From: Gammaproteobacteria bacterium
GTDB taxonomy: Bacteria > Pseudomonadota > Gammaproteobacteria > Eutrophobiales > Eutrophobiaceae
DNA: 64,000 bases
Reading direction: 5' to 3'
Assembly (NCBI GenBank): GCA_965221695.1
Contig: OZ244905.1
Coordinates: 1,248,001-1,312,000, forward strand
The notes beneath the pieces are model-generated. The model saw only the letters and a list, made by a program, of their open reading frames with translations. It did no database searches and was not told where the DNA came from. The translations under genes were made by a program, and so were the position numbers. The stretch's first letter is position 1. Each line of letters opens with the position of its first letter. Positions 62,886 to 64,000 of the stretch are shown here, one piece after another.

Positions 62886-64000
62886 ATGAAAAGACAATAC
62901 CTTCAACTCGTAAAGGAATACCTTGGCTATTTTCCCTGCGTTGTCATAGTCGGCGCTCGCCAGACCGGTAAAAGCACGCTGATCAAAATGGCAAACGACG
63001 GTCGGGAGATTTTCGACTTGGAGTTACGGGCGGACTTCAACCAGATAGCACAAGACCCGGACCTGTTTTTACGTTTGAGCGATAAGCCCATCGCGATTGA
63101 CGAAGCGCAACTGCTGCCGGAATTATTCCCGGCGCTGAGGGTTGCCATCGATAAAGACCGGCATGCATACGGCAAATACCTGTTATCCGGCTCCGGTTCA
63201 CCGGAATTATTGACAGCTATTTCCGAGTCTCTGGCAGGTCGGGTAGGCATTATCGAGTTGGCGCCCTTCAGTTTTTCCGAGACTCAGGGTATTGATTCAC
63301 CCAATCTGCTCAGTCTGTTTGCCGACGATTTCGATCCGGATGCTCTCTCACAATCTGCCTCTTCAGTTGACCTCCATGGACTGAGTCAAGAGATCAGCCG
63401 CTACTGGTTGCAGGGCGGCTACCCTGAGCCATGGGTGCGAACATCGGGCAAATTTCAGGAAGTCTGGCATGAACAGTATCTGAAGACCTATGTAGAGCGG
63501 GATGTACTCCGGCTTTTTCCCGGACTTAATCCGACGCGTTTTAGCCGATTTATCGAATTGCTGGCCGGCTACTCCGGCTCGATAATCAATTACTCCAACG
63601 TTGCCTCATTGCTGGATGTCTCACAACCCATTGCCAGAGACTATTTCAATATTGCTCATGGCACGTTTATCTGGCGGCATCTTCCCGCTTATCATAAAAA
63701 CACGAGCAAACGCGTGTCAAAGCGTCCGCGCGGATATTTGCGCGATACGGGATTATTGCATCATATCCTGCAAATACCCTCCCACAGACGCCTGTTGTCC
63801 CACCCGCAAATGGGGTCGAGTTGGGAAGGACTGCTGATTGAAGAAATACTGCGTACGCTTAATGCGGCCGGCATCCGCCACACTGCGTACTACTACCGCA
63901 CCAGTGGCGGCGCGGAAGTGGATTTAATCCTGGAAGGCCCGTTCGGACTGATTCCTTTTGAAATCAAGTATACGCAAAGCGTCAATCCACGCCACTTGCG
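62886..64000 (+). CDS. AAA ATPase/DUF4143 protein (runs off the window edge; not in ORF track)
   Basis: Manual translation MKRQYLQLVKEYLGYFPCVVIVGARQTGKST...IAIDEAQ...LSGS...ESLAGR...GGYPE...YYRTSGGAEVDLIL...FEIK. Confidence 0.9.
   Translation, partial: MKRQYLQLVKEYLGYFPCVVIVGARQTGKSTLIKMANDGREIFDLELRADFNQIAQDPDLFLRLSDKPIAIDEAQLLPELFPALRVAIDKDRHAYGKYLLSGSGSPELLTAISESLAGRVGIIELAPFSFSETQGIDSPNLLSLFADDFDPDALSQSASSVDLHGLSQEISRYWLQGGYPEPWVRTSGKFQEVWHEQYLKTYVERDVLRLFPGLNPTRFSRFIELLAGYSGSIINYSNVASLLDVSQPIARDYFNIAHGTFIWRHLPAYHKNTSKRVSKRPRGYLRDTGLLHHILQIPSHRRLLSHPQMGSSWEGLLIEEILRTLNAAGIRHTAYYYRTSGGAEVDLILEGPFGLIPFEIKYTQSVNPRHL

Overview
This window comes from a GC-moderate gammaproteobacterial chromosome. 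Bases ~2.9-33.9 kb hold the core translation/transcription supercluster on the minus strand: tRNA-Tyr/Gly/Thr, tuf, tRNA-Trp, secE, nusG, rplKAJL, rpoBC, rpsL-rpsG-fusA, and the S10, spc and alpha operons. It departs from the usual layout in four ways: there is no tuf after fusA, there is no room for the S10 or L10 leaders, a 63-aa C2H2-like zinc-finger ORF is wedged between rplD and rplW, and several small repeat elements sit in the spacers. The accessory DNA contains a Fic-family gene, an orphan Rieske oxygenase pair, a hydantoinase/oxoprolinase cluster with a permease and a TonB receptor, and AAA-DUF4143 ATPases (one complete, one cut by the window edge, one remnant), each with an upstream repeat. 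It also contains a Slam (type XI secretion) gene with a TbpB-like lipoprotein cargo on a (Pro-Glu)57 stalk, an AOR + PLP decarboxylase + class III aminotransferase operon divergent from a P450, and a MarR-associated homogentisate cluster (hmgA, kynU, FAH, maiA, CoA transferase). Several MITE/REP families recur. The most prominent is a 151-bp element with 4-bp target duplications and a central IHF consensus, found almost only at gene 3' ends. All family assignments come from motif recognition by eye; no database search was run.
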